Shown piece by piece: positions 42,831 to 56,828 of a DNA stretch of 64,000 nucleotides (the first letter of the stretch is position 1; each line of letters starts with the position of its first letter). The DNA lies in NCBI GenBank assembly GCA_951406725.2, contig OX597830.1, positions 70,246,001-70,310,000 on the forward strand. Reading direction: 5' to 3'. The DNA comes from Octopus vulgaris. Taxonomy: Eukaryota. The translations under genes and the position numbers were made by a program. The notes under the pieces were generated by a model that saw only the letters and a program-made list of their open reading frames with translations, was not told the origin of the DNA and ran no database searches.

Positions 42831-43658
42831 CATACAGACAGGCAGACGTGCATATGCACCTATATATGGAAATATATTTCATCGACCAGGGAGGAATAAA
42901 AAAAAAGTGAAACTTTAGCGGAGATTGAACCCAGTACTTTAAAAGAAGTGAGTACCACAAAGCATTTAGGTCACTTCACTGCCATGCCACTACCACTCCC
43001 GCACGTACGTATTATACGAAGATATAAACAAAACTATCATAATCATTGCGATTATAATGTCATCCCCTGATACACATACAAATACACATACACACACACA
43101 CACAACAGATACACATGCGCGCGCGCACACACAAGCATGGTGGACGTTAGGGAGGGCATGCTACAGTAAGCACTTCCTTCTAGTACTCATATTATGTGGT
43201 ATATATTATTGTTAAGCATCTTTGTACATTTGTTATCGACATTCATGTCACCGATCAGATTTATCAAATCTATTCATGTGTGAAATATGGCGATGACGAA
43301 ATGGTGTTCGGTTATAGCAGAGTAATTCTTCAGACTCTGGAGCTTATAACTGTCATATTTGCAATAGTGCAATAATGTAATTCCGTTCTGAGCGAAAATT
43401 ATAATTGCCATTATCACAATTGTATACAAATATTCTGATAAATAAGAACAGAAGTCATTTCTGACTGTCATACTGTTTAATTTATAACTAATTATAACTA
43501 ATTAGAAATAGATATGTAATAGTTAAAGAATTACTACGAAAGCATTGAGAAGCTATATTCATTTCAGAAAACAATTAAAGACAATATAGAAATGGAGGAA
43601 AATAATACTTCAGAACGTATATACACACACACACACACACACATATGCATACATACAC

Positions 43659-43748
<90 letters not shown>

Positions 43749-43773
43749 GTATGCATGTATATATATTTATATA

Positions 43774-43809
<36 letters not shown>

Positions 43810-43831
43810 TGCATGTATGTATATATCTATA

Positions 43832-43899
<68 letters not shown>

Positions 43900-43937
43900 T
43901 GCATGTATGTATATATACGTACATGTATAAAGTCGAA

Positions 43938-44102
43938 AACGTGGATGTGTTGTGTGGTAAGAAGTTTGTTTACCAAACTACATACTTCTGGATCCAGCCC
44001 CACCGCGTGACACCTTGGGCAAGAGTCTCCTGCTATAACATCGGGTCGACCAAAGCATTGTCAATCAATTTAGTAGACGGAAACCGAAAGAAGCCTGTCG
44101 TG
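43938..44102 (+). mobile_element. SINE family B (head + CORE-like domain)
   Basis: TGTGGTAAGAAGTTTG...CACCTTGGGCAAG...GGGTCGACCAAAGC...GTAGACGGAAACCGAAAGAAGCC. Confidence 0.8.
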
Positions 44103-44342
44103 TGCGTATCCGTGTGTGTATGTGTGTGTGTATTTGTGTGTGTGCATTTGTGTGTGTATGTATATATAATATTAATTGAGGTGGCTAGACACAATTTAAA
44201 ACTAAAAAGGAAATAATTCACATTCACTGAAAAAGTGACCAAGGGTGCATGGAGTACCGGTATTGCTAGAAATAACTGTCAGAGACTCCTTAGCCACAGA
44301 AAGCACGTGTTCTATTTAAATGCAAGCTAGGTGTATTGGATT

Positions 44343-44386
44343 AGCATGTAAATTTCGTATAGAAATTAATACTCATCAGCAATGCT
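44343..44386 (-). ncRNA. Minimal type I hammerhead ribozyme-like motif with canonical core
   Basis: Minus strand AGCATTG-CTGATGA-GTAT taatttct ATAC-GAA-ATTT-A-CATGCT: CUGAUGA/GAAA core, G10.1-C11.1 pair and a 6-bp helix I with one bulge. Helix III is rudimentary. Confidence 0.6.
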
Positions 44387-44461
44387 TACTCCATTGCGGG
44401 TGGTGAAGCTGAACTCTCGCCTGTCAGTACTTTTAGAGTACTGGCTGATTCCGCAAAATGG

Positions 44462-44514
<53 letters not shown>

Positions 44515-44595
44515 TGTGATTATATAGGAATACATGTACCCATACACACACATATATACCTACATATACATAACCGTCTATCTACATATGCATGT

Positions 44596-44647
<52 letters not shown>

Positions 44648-45087
44648 GCACACACGTGCACACACGCGCGCGCACATACACACACATATATAACTAGTTT
44701 ATTTCTATTGTGCAAAAATAAACATTTCCTTTAAAATAATTAGTAGGAATAACAGAAATGAAGTAAAATAAAGTAGAAATAAAATAATGTGAAATAAAAC
44801 ACAAAAAAAATAAACACTGATACAAAAGCAAAACAAACAAAACCTATTGTCGTGACACCTTCTCACGTGACAACACCTAATCACGTCAGTCATTTCCTCT
44901 CGCTTTTTCCCGTCTCTTGTTGTTTCAAAACAACCAAAGCTTCCAACAACAACAAAAAAAAGGAAGTATTTGATTTATTCAAAAGAAATTTCCGCCACTC
45001 ATTAGTCATTGATTGTTCCTAGTTAATCTATTATTTAACTTTTGTTGTTTGTTTATTTGATTTCTTTCTTTCTTTCTCTCTCCATCC

Positions 45088-45092
<5 letters not shown>

Positions 45093-45123
<31 letters not shown>

Positions 45124-45150
45124 TTTCTCTCTCTCTTATTATCTCTCTTA

Positions 45151-45187
<37 letters not shown>

Positions 45188-45446
45188 TTTCTCTCTCTCT
45201 TATTATCTCTCTTATTATCTCTCTCTCTCTCTCTCTCTCTCTTTGTTTCTCTCTCTCTTATTATCTCTCTTATTATCTCTCTCTCTCTCTCTCTCTCTTT
45301 GTTTCTCTCTCTCTTATTATCTCTCTTATTATCTCTCTCTCTCTCTCTCTCTCTCTCTTTGTTTCTCTCTCTCTTATTATCTCTCTTATTATCTCTCTCT
45401 CTCTCTCTCTCTCTCTTTGTTTCTCTCTCTCTTATTATCTTTCTTA

Positions 45447-45489
<43 letters not shown>

Positions 45490-45510
45490 TTTCTCTCTCT
45501 CTTATTATCT
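45093..45510. repeat. Higher-order minisatellite, ~7 units of ~60 bp
   Basis: Unit (CT)n-TTGTTTCTCTCTCTCTTATTATCTCTCTTATTAT with variable (CT)n length. Confidence 0.9.
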
Positions 45511-45626
45511 CTGTGTGTATATATACATACGCACACACACACATATATACATACAATCTCATATATCTATCTATGTATATATGCGTGTAGATATATATGT
45601 ATATGTATATGTATGTGTGTGTGAGA

Positions 45627-45664
<38 letters not shown>

Positions 45665-45999
45665 TCACACGCACGCACACATATGTGTGTGAGTGTGTGA
45701 GTGTGTGTGTGCGTGCGTGCGTACTAGTGTAAAACCATGTGTACATAGAGTTTTGGTGAATTTCTTGATTAATACTGGAATATTTTTAGATAAAATGTAA
45801 CTCTATGATAGTATGTATAAATCGGCAGCGATGACATATAAGTGTGTATGTATGTATGTATGTGCGTATGTACTGCCTCTGTATGTGTGTGTATCTATAT
45901 CTAGATGTGTACATACATACATATATATATGTATGTTTATATATACATATCTATATATCTATATCTATATCTATATCTATATATATATATCTATCTATC

Positions 46000-46034
<35 letters not shown>

Positions 46035-46139
46035 GTATTGACACGTGTATACATAGAATCATTCATACGTACACACATATATACATCAACGCAAAAGAGT
46101 TTTTAGCAAGTTCTTGGAAACAATAGATTATTAATATAA

Positions 46140-46498
46140 AACGTCTGTTAGTGGAGTGACTGCGCCATTCCAACTTTCGTTGCGTGGTGATCATTATTCA
46201 GTTTATACGTCGGTGCAAAATAACTGCAAACTGGTCATAACACTGCCCCCGGCAAGAGTCAGGCCAGCAATAAAACGCCACTTTTCCATCTGATGTTCTC
46301 GCCTGAAGCATTAAACAGCCGCACCATCAAAAGAATCGTTTCTACTTCCCCAGGCCAATTCAGGCTTAACCCTTGCTAGTAGACAGAACATAATTTTCAG
46401 CAAGTGCAGCTAAGCAGAAAATTTCTGTCCAGGAAATTCATCAATTCGAAGAGGGGCCATTTTAAGGCTGTTTTGTACGAACGTTCGGAAAGGTAAAC
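46140..46498 (+). promoter_or_regulatory. Candidate promoter / non-coding exon island
   Basis: Unique, more GC-balanced sequence with an Inr-like TCAGTT at 46198 and an AAG|GTAAAC donor-like site at 46493. Confidence 0.25.
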
Positions 46499-47245
46499 GT
46501 TGCATTCTTTGTAGGAAATCTTTTGTAGCGAATTGTTTGCTTAGAAATTCTTCGTGTTTTGAACTTTAAGTTCTAGAGAGTTCTCTGGTCAGTAATGCAT
46601 GATCTGATGAATTTGTTCGTTTGTTGGTTGGTTGGCTGGCTGGCTTGTTGGTGGCCTGATGGGTGGATGTACCGGGGTGTGGTGAGGGTGACGGAATGTA
46701 TTCTCTTCTTCTTTGAGACAAACTTATTCTATTTGCTTTTTTTTTGTTATTGTTGTTGTTGTTGTTTTATTGATGTTTTCTTTCTTGTACTTTTGTTGTG
46801 CTTGGATGAATAGATCTTTACAAGATATGAATATAAGGTGTACATATATAACTAAATACGGATCCCTTCGATAAGATTGCGACACAATCACATTTACAAT
46901 AAGCATTGTGTTTAGACGAAAACACACACACACACACACATGCAAATACACAGAAGCACAAATACACACACACACACACATACACACAAAGATACATACA
47001 CACATATAGGCAAACACAAAGATCGTCGAATAACTACACTCCTAATAAGATTTGATAACATGCACACACACACGCAAACACATACACACACATATACACA
47101 CACACATACACACACTCAATATCATCGGTCCATTTTGCTAACAAACGCGGTGTATAAGTAAATTAAAGAAAAACAACAACAACGACAACAATACCGTAGC
47201 GCACGCGCAGTAATAACAAGAACAACAGAACAGAATCGCTAGACA

Positions 47246-47288
<43 letters not shown>

Positions 47289-47380
47289 AAACGTACTTTT
47301 TACTAATCACATTACTGATATCTATATCTATAACTATATCTATATCTATCTATCTATATATATATACCATATATATATAT

Positions 47381-47428
<48 letters not shown>

Positions 47429-47603
47429 AACATACATACATACATATATGTATATATATATATACATACATATATATATATATATATATTTTTACTACCA
47501 CAAGGGCTAAACATATATATATATATATACCCCATATATAATATATATAAAGGCAAAGTACAAACATACATACATACATATATGTATATATATATATACA
47601 TAC

Positions 47604-47689
<86 letters not shown>

Positions 47690-48535
47690 TATATATGAAT
47701 ATAGACATACTACCCATTATCACTGAACTGGAAGCAGCTGCAATGAAAGAAATGAAACAACAAAAACAAACAAGCAAAATAAACAAAAAGAAAACAATGG
47801 CCAAATCTCTTATGCAGCACATATCAGCACATCACTATGCAGGAGTTAATATACAAGACCCCCGCCCCTGCCATGTATACATACACACACACACACACAC
47901 ACGTGTATATATATATATATAGATAGATAGATATATAGATATATATATGTATGTGTATGTATTCTGTAAGACAGTGCTATGAACAATCAGTATACACCAA
48001 CAATAGCAATAGTAGTAACAGAAAACAATATTAGACAACTTATACCCAAGCACAAACATATACATATATGTATATAATACGCGATTTATCACACACTCAT
48101 ACATAAGAAATAATATAGAAGAGCCAATCAAATAACAAAAACATTCATACAATCAGTCGTGATCATAAAAGGAACAGCTCTCCCCACCTTCCATCCCTTG
48201 CGCCGTGTCTCTGTTTTTATTCATTTCTCTCTATCTCTAACTGTCTATCTGTCTCTCTGTCTCTCTTTCTATTTTTCCCCGTTACCACCCCTAACTCGGA
48301 ACAGACACACGGACTGATGCAAACAGGAGTATGCGAATTCCCTGGAATATTTTCGCAGTGGCGGAGTTGTGAAGGTGGCGATATATCGATCTGCTTCAGA
48401 TTTCGTGTTTATGAGATCGTTCCGTATCAATGTCGCAAACAGATGGCTCTAACCGTGGTGCAAAATTCTGTTTTATTATATGACGATAAACAGTGTAGAA
48501 AACGAATGAGAGAATGGGATGAGATATATAAGTAA

Positions 48536-48613
<78 letters not shown>

Positions 48614-48616
48614 GGC

Positions 48617-48656
<40 letters not shown>

Positions 48657-48699
48657 AAGAGAGAGATGGCTGATGTTATTGCTGTGTACCATCGGCCGA

Positions 48700-49740
48700 T
48701 CTGGCTGAAGGTACGGTACATGGTTATTCGATCGAATGACTGGGTGCGGTTCGAAGATCCAGTGTTTGACAGAACCATATTTTCACCAAGTTAAGAACCA
48801 CAGTGTATTCTGCCGGCATGCAGTGGTTTATGACATAGAATGTAATGTGAAACCCCGAACCTTTTTATATTCCATCTACTGTCCAGTTTGTTCCTGTGTG
48901 CTTTTTAGGTTCTATTGATGACCATAGCAGAGGTGGGCAAAGTGAACTTGGTCGAAGACGGACAGTTGCTGTCCTTCTGAACATATGCCAACATAATTTT
49001 TTTTTGGGCTCGCAGCCAAATGACGTTATAAATGCCGTTGCTATTTTCGTATCTAGATGCTTTTTGTGTTTGCTTCAATCGTATGTGTGTATGTATGTAT
49101 GTATGTACGTACTTGTGTGTATGTGTGTGTGTTTGTGTGTGTCTGTATGTGTGTGTGAGTGAAAGAGAGCGTGTGCAATCTATGGATAGTATTGTAGTAA
49201 TGCCCTGGGATATTGTAGAAGTGTCTGGCCATTTTGAAGTTGATTAAATAAGTAATGGAAAGAACGGTACTGGTTACAGCTTGTTCTGACAACATCCTGT
49301 GACCGAAGTATGTCCGAGGGGTCTTCAATTTGAGCTATTTTGCTTTTAATGTGTAGGCGATTGTTGTCTGTCTGCAAGCTCAAGTTTACAAATGGTACTC
49401 TTTATTGCTTGTTCTGGAAGTAAAGGGTGCCCAGATAAGAGTATCTTAATTCATAATGAATCTAATATATGATTTGTAGGTGAGATTTATTTTCTGTGTG
49501 TATGCGTACGTTAGGCAAATATAGTACCTTTAGATGTTCTTAAGTTTGGTATCTGTCGTATCATATGTGTGTAATGTGAATATTGTAGAAGAGTTGAGGT
49601 TATTTCAGCAATGTAGTGTTAATGAAAGTACGTGCGTGTGTGTATGTGAATCTAACGATTTAGTTTGGTTTGTATGGCATTTTTACATGTAACTTGTGAA
49701 GGATAGCGTTTGATTTCTTGTGTATTAGGAGGGGTTTCTG
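48700..49740 (-). pseudogene. Highly decayed Penelope-like element ORF (RT C-terminus, linker, GIY-YIG endonuclease)
   Basis: Collinear minus-strand remnants across stops and frameshifts: LNS..IFT (~49590), DT..T.HRK (~49495), SGHP...K.TI (~49430), HFYNI..HY...HRLH (~49200), NCP (~48962), TG-QTG (~48890), LS-HW (~48765). It is interrupted by (TG)n. Confidence 0.5.
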
Positions 49741-49824
49741 ATCAGGTTAGGTCTATAACTAAATGCTAGAAAGCATATTTTCCCGACGTTTCTACCAAGT
49801 CACACTCTCAGTAGAAGAACGGAG

Positions 49825-50270
49825 AAATGGTAGAACCGTTGCCTTTGGAAGATGTTTCGCTATGTTTGTTTCGGTGTTTACGTTATGAGTTCAAGCCTCA
49901 CTAAGGCCAACTTCGCTTTTCATCCCTGCAGTTTTCATATAATTACGTACCATTTAAGTACTGAGTCAATAGTGTCGACTAACCCAATTCTCTCAAAAAG
50001 TGTTGGCCTTGTCCATAAAATTGGAAACAATTTAATGCAGTGAACAAGCAGAATTACAAGAGAGAGGGCTTTGCAGTGTTTGTTCCTGCACTTTACATTC
50101 TGAGTTCAAATCCCGACAAAGTCAACTTTGCATTTCACCTTTGTGGTATCGATAAAATAAAGAACCAGTAAAGTGCCGGGATAAGTAACTAGTGTTTTGT
50201 TTAGGTATCGATATCGACTAACCCTCACCCTTTAAAATTGCTGGCAAAGTGCCTAAATCAGAAGCCATTG
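49825..50270 (+). mobile_element. Two old SINE family C copies
   Basis: TGAGTTCAA...CAACTT.GC.TTTCA.C.. and TCGATAAAATAAG.ACCAG blocks. Confidence 0.65.
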
Positions 50271-51474
50271 CTAGATTAATAGAGGGCAGAATCGGTAGAG
50301 CACTAATACAAAGTGCTTGAATCCAAATGTCCAACGTATCTTTGTTTGCGTTAGGGACAGTGTAATTTGAGAAAAATTTGGTTGCTATTTTGAGCAGAAT
50401 GGGCGACCACGTAGAGGTCCAATGTCTTCTTCTCTTCCCTTAAATCATTTAATCATACAAGAGTTAATTATTATTTAATACTTTGCCGGTCTTTCTAAAG
50501 AAATATCGGTGACCAGACGTCACAATCTCGTAATTCTGTTTTTCTTAACCCCACCAAATAGACTTGGGAAAGACATGACCACCACAACATCTCATTTTTC
50601 CATCACCCACTTTTTTTAATCTAAAACACATACGTATTCTATGCCATGTCAAACGAAACCAATATCGCATTCGCTTTTAAAAATGAGCGAAATCAATACA
50701 AATGATTGATTTGCTTCTACGTTGCGCCTGGTTATATTTAAATTAAAATATTTCCTAAATGTAAGGCTTGTATTATATGCAGTTGATTGAATCGGCATTT
50801 TCATAAGCTTTAACTCGTAAAATGAAACGCATGCTTAGTTTATGGTAACTAAACGAATTGACAATCCTTAATTTTATTTTATATTTATATCGTATATTTT
50901 TTTTGTGTGTGTTTTATCTTTATTTTCCGTAATCGAATATGCCTTTTTTTGTTGCTTTTATATTTGTTTGACTATTTCTGTTTTATCTAATTTGATATCC
51001 ATTCGTTTGTCTTGCTCTAGTGGTGATAACAACAACCTGTGAAATAGTGTAAAATGAATGTTAGGCTACATTTTAATAGTATTTGTTTGTTGGAAAGAAA
51101 ATCGCTCTGGAAGTGCGAAAATAAGATCAATATGAAGTTAAAAACAAGTTACACCCCAAATGAACGATGTAAACAGCTGGTACCATGTACAAAACACACA
51201 AAACAAAATAGAAAAAAAAAGAGAATAAAGATAAAGAAAACGAGTAAGGAAGGAAGGAAGGAAGAAAATAGAGACAGTTAGAAAGAAGCTAAGAGAGAAC
51301 AAACTAGATGTAGATTGTAGGTGACAGCTGGTGGAAATGTTTCTTGTTGTCGATACGAACTTCAACTTGCAATCGATACGGAGGCAACGAATTTTCATGA
51401 ATTCCCTACGCACTATTACAGATAGAACGTTATTTTTATATCGCTTCTTTATAGGACTAATCGCCTTTCACTTC

Positions 51475-51543
<69 letters not shown>

Positions 51544-51686
51544 TATATATATATATGTATATATATATATATTCATATATATATACATACATATATATAT
51601 ATGTATGTATATATATATATGTATGTATGTATATATTTATATATATATATGTATATATAAATATATTCATATATATATATATATTC

Positions 51687-51731
<45 letters not shown>

Positions 51732-51747
51732 CATATATATATATATG

Positions 51748-51807
<60 letters not shown>

Positions 51808-51927
51808 CACACACACATCACATACGTTTATGCTTATACGTATATATGTATACACACACACATATATATGCATATATATTTATATATTGAGAGAGAGAGA
51901 GAGAGAGTAAAGATAGCTAGCTAGCTG

Positions 51928-52190
<263 letters not shown>

Positions 52191-53038
52191 ATGTTTGATA
52201 ATGTAAATGGATTTTCAACTACGAAGACTTTTTAGGGCGTAGATGTTCTTTGAGGGCGTTCAAAAGTTGCAACTTAAATCTCTCTTTTGAATAGGGACCG
52301 CCGATCTTTAGTAGATAACTTTCGTAGAGATCACCCAGACAGTTATGTTCCCTGATACATTATAGAATACAGTGTTTGTGTATTAGAAGCAGACGATCTC
52401 TCATTGAATTCGTTCGGCCATTTGACCGTTCGGACAATCGGTTATTCAGCCACTCAGCAACGCGGCCATTTCTATCTTCTTTGAAATGCACATACGCTAG
52501 TGGCCAAGCGAGTCAGTGTTGGCATCACTGTTTATTCAGCAATAAATGTTTCTATTTTAAATTTACGTTGGTTCTATGTACACATCTGGCAATAAAACGC
52601 CTAATGACCGACGATCGAAGATCAAATCGATCATAATATATTGTGTAAATATATACTGTGAGAAGGCGAGTTGAGTTCACAATAATGGGGCCATTTGTTC
52701 GATTCCTACACCAAATAGCGCATTGTCTTCTCGAGCAAGGCACTTCTTTGCACGTTGCTTCACTCCGGAATATAACTACTAACCAAGTACAGACGTAGTC
52801 CACTTTCCCACAAGCCGTCATGTTCTTGACGTTCCGCTAAGTTAAAGCGATGGGAGGGTCGACAAAGCGTTAATGACAGCTTGCCAGTGCATAGGTACCT
52901 AAATTAACGTGCAAAAGTATAGCACATGTTACCAAGAGATATCTACCCCAGAGTGAGGGCTATGAATTATTTTATTACATACTGTACATATGAAATTAAG
53001 CTTCTGGGAAAATATGATCTTAATTAAAATTAACATAA

Positions 53039-53125
<87 letters not shown>

Positions 53126-53346
53126 CCATTATCATCCCCTGTCTCTCCTCTCTCTCTCTCTCTCTCCGAGAAGATATATTGCTCACTCCTTCCAGCAAAT
53201 TGACGTTGCCTGATCAGGTGCACGGTATGCCATGCGCCAAGTGCAGAAGAGATCGCAGAATAACGTGAGAAGGAGAGCTTTACTCAAGAACACAACGCAC
53301 TACCCGGTCTAGGAATTGAACTCACGATCTCGTGGACAAATTTATC

Positions 53347-53640
53347 AGATCATTAAAACATATTTTAGTTAATGTAAAGGAAAAGTACAAGTAAATAATT
53401 GTCTTACGGTTGTAAGACATTTACTTATTCCTTTCCTTTACATTAATTAAAATATTTGTAAATGATCTTGTCAGGCCTTGATCTTGTTTTCCTCTTCCTT
53501 TAATTTATACCCGATGACTCGGAAGCCTGCTACGGATCCCTGGCTCCAGTCACGGTCATGAACTTGGATCCTAATGGATAACCAATTACAGGACTTACGA
53601 AACGTACCTATTGGTTTAGATCCTCAGTGACTTACACCCA
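53347..53640. mobile_element. Fold-back element (hairpin 53347-53468) with a tail carrying decayed hammerhead remnants
   Basis: AGATCATT...TAATGTAAAGGAAA...TGTCTTAC ggtt GTAAGACA...TTTCCTTTACATTA...AATGATCT; CCGATGA at 53511 and GAAACGTA at 53599. Confidence 0.65.
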
Positions 53641-53690
53641 TCTTATTCTCGCTCTCTCTCTCTCTGTATATATATATATATATATATATA

Positions 53691-53831
53691 TACTTTAATT
53701 AAAAGCAGCAGACACTCCGAGTAACAGCTTTTATTATATTTCTGCTGCTTTTAAATAAAGCATATTACTCTACCTCTGGTATTCGAATATTCTTTTTTCT
53801 ACCTTGTTTCACATTTATGTGCTTACACCGG

Positions 53832-53832
<1 letters not shown>
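53691..53832. mobile_element. Short asymmetric fold-back element inside (TA)n
   Basis: 22-bp arms at 53691-53712 and 53741-53762 plus a ~70-bp tail, with (TA)n on both sides. Confidence 0.7.
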
Positions 53833-53894
<62 letters not shown>

Positions 53895-53977
53895 AATTCA
53901 ACGAAGAAACAAATTAGAAAACGAAAAAAAAAAAAATCAGAAGATTGAAACAAGTAAAAGAATAAAGAAAGAATATC

Positions 53978-54140
53978 ATAGGAGTGGCTGCATGGCAAGA
54001 AGCTTGCTTACCAATCTCATGGTTCCGGGTTCAGTCCCACTGCGTGGCACCTTGGGCACGTGTCTTGTACTATAGCCTCGGGTCGACCAAAGCTTTGTGA
54101 ATGGATTGGGTAGAAGGAAACTGGAAGAAGCCCGTCGTAT
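53978..54140 (+). mobile_element. SINE family B (well preserved head + CORE-like domain)
   Basis: AGGAGTGGCTG...GGTTCAGTCCC (B box) ACTGCGTGGCACCTTGGGCA.GTGTCTT...GAAGAAGCCCGTCGTATATA. Confidence 0.85.
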
Positions 54141-54918
54141 ATATATATATAAACTTATGTGTGTGTATGTGTGTATATACGTTTATAATATGTATTCAAT
54201 AATATATATATATATATACATATATGCATTCATTAAAACATTAAAAAATGCTTTTATTGTTAATTTTTTGTGGGAAGAGAGAGCCTGTACGCGATCGCCT
54301 GTTTTGCTTGGAATAGCAGTCAAATCGCCTTCCAAATTCAACTATCATATTTAGTAAAGGAAAACTATATCAGTTGATGAAGTCCTATGTAAATCCTGTA
54401 TACTCATGAGTAAAAAAAAAAAGGTTAACCAGCGAAACAGAGTGGTCACAGCTGGAATGTCTTTGATGCTTGAACTGCTAGATCAGTGTTGTCCTTGGCT
54501 AATCAATAACAACAGTATAGATCTTTGTTGATATTCTGTTTTATTTATTCATTAATCTTTTTCTTTATTTTTGCTCGTTACACATTTCCACACCCTACTT
54601 GTACAAGGAATTCGATAAAATAACCATTGTTAACTTCTAAAACGAATGTAACACCATGTTTTATTAAAAATCTGTTGCCAGGTATCCATATTGAAAATGG
54701 AAACCGTTAAAAATAATTAACGTTTCTAAACGCCGTTTATATACAAAAGTGAAATTATATCTTCTTGTCTTAGTATATGCGCAAGGTTCATATTTGAAAA
54801 TAAAAAAAAAAAGCGAGAATTTCCGAAACACCTGATATCATGTTATCGATCCAGAACATAAGACAATCATATAGATAAGCATACACACACGTGTGATTGT
54901 ATGTGTATTTCTATGATC

Positions 54919-54949
<31 letters not shown>

Positions 54950-54996
54950 TTGCATATATATATATGTATTGCATATATATATACATGTATATATAC

Positions 54997-55134
54997 TCTT
55001 TTACACTTTTACTAGTTTCAGTCATTTGACTGCGGCCATGCTGGAGCACCGCCTTTAGTCGAGCAAATCGACCCCGGGACTTATTCTTTGTAAGCCCAGT
55101 ACTTATTCTATCGGTCTTTTTTGCCGAACCGCTA
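54997..55134 (-). mobile_element. SINE family B tail, young
   Basis: GTTTCAGTCATTTGACTGCGGCCATGCTGGAGCACCGCCTTTAGTCGAGCAAATCGACCCC...GCCGAACCGCTAA. Confidence 0.85.
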
Positions 55135-55202
55135 ATTTTTTATGATATTTGGTTAATAACTATTGAGGGATTTGAGCTTGACCACGTCTGCTACACATAC
55201 AT

Positions 55203-55255
<53 letters not shown>

Positions 55256-55869
55256 GGCAGAATTAATAGAAGTCACAAAAGTGACAGACGGTACTGACTA
55301 GCTCCATTTTAGTTAAAGATAAGAGTTAAACTAACTCAAAGTCCCAAACACTTTTATCTCAGCCTGTTAATTTATATGTGTGTGTGTGTGTACAGAGAGA
55401 AAGAGGAGGAGGAGAGAGGGGTGGAGAGAGAGGGATTGGTCACTAGGTCTTTTGTTATTGTGTTATTTGTTCCTCTCTGAAATATTCCGTTGTGATCCTT
55501 GCCTTTTTTTGTCCTTGTCTGTCCAGCACTTCAGTGATATTTCTTAAATCACTGGTGCAACCAGACGTGCAGTACTATGAAATTTAAATCGTTTGAATTT
55601 TAAAAGCGCCGAAACTTCGTTAGTAGTCCGAGATCCATGCATGATGAGAGGTTATCCAACTGGGAAACGAGACACTATCATGGTTTAAATGAAACAAGAA
55701 GGTGCAATTCTTACACACACAAGAAAGTGCTCCCATGATTTCGTGTGTGTGTGTGTGTGTGTGTGAGTGTGTATGTTTGTGTATGTGCTTGTGTGTGTAA
55801 ATCTGTTGAAGGCGAAGCGAGTACGAGTAAACTTCGAAGTTACTACCAACCTTTTCTTTGTAAAAAGTA

Positions 55870-55901
<32 letters not shown>

Positions 55902-55923
55902 TCTTCTAAAAGGCATTGAACAA

Positions 55924-55988
<65 letters not shown>

Positions 55989-56104
55989 GCATATATATAT
56001 ATATGCATATGTATATATATATATTATATGTTTATGAATGTATGTATGTTTGCATGTATCTATCTATTTATCTGTCTTTCTGTTTGTCTCTCTGTATATG
56101 TGCA

Positions 56105-56143
<39 letters not shown>

Positions 56144-56828
56144 GGCTGAAGGAGACAGTGAGTTGTGGAAACCAAAAATATAAAAAAAATATTAAAAAAT
56201 AGCAGTAAATGCCATTGGCATATTTGACTTTCTTCATAGTATTAAACATTATGATAATCAATTCCTCCTTTCTGAAATCAATCATTCATTGACAAAGACT
56301 TATTTTTTGTTTATTTTTCTTCTTCTTCTTACCCTCTCTTAATAATATCCTTTCCACCTTATTTGTTACTCTCGTCGGCTTCAACAAATAACCTATACAT
56401 AACATATTCAGTTAATTGATCTTATTCGAGTTATCTTTCTTGCTTGCTTTTTTTTTTAAAGCTCCATTTGTTTTGTTTTTTGTCTACACAATTGTATAGA
56501 TAATCACAGTTAATCGAAGTTTTTACAACTCACTATATTACATATGTGAGATCTTACAATGTTTGATGTTATGACATAGTTCATGATAAACCTATAGTTT
56601 TTAGGCTGTCATTTTTTTTGTGTATATTAATTAAGGTTAAATACACCGGACAGCCGTAAACGTTTGTAACTGTTTATATACACTCTCTATTCTGTATGCA
56701 TTCATAATATAATGTGGTTCGATGAAAAAGCACAAAACCCAATATTTTTTAGCTGAGTGATGTCAATTGGAAGGTGTGTCTAAGCCAGAACATCAATAAT
56801 TGTGATGGGAACAGTAGCAACGTTCTGG

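Noticed and set aside
45093-45510. Regularly spaced repeat superficially like a CRISPR array
   Set aside because: The spacers are (CT)n rather than unique sequence, the context is eukaryotic, and there are no cas genes.
52346-52650. Possible solo LTR (TG...AATAAA...CA) and nearby CCGACGA motif
   Set aside because: There is no TSD or second copy, and the hammerhead helix I and GAAA are absent.
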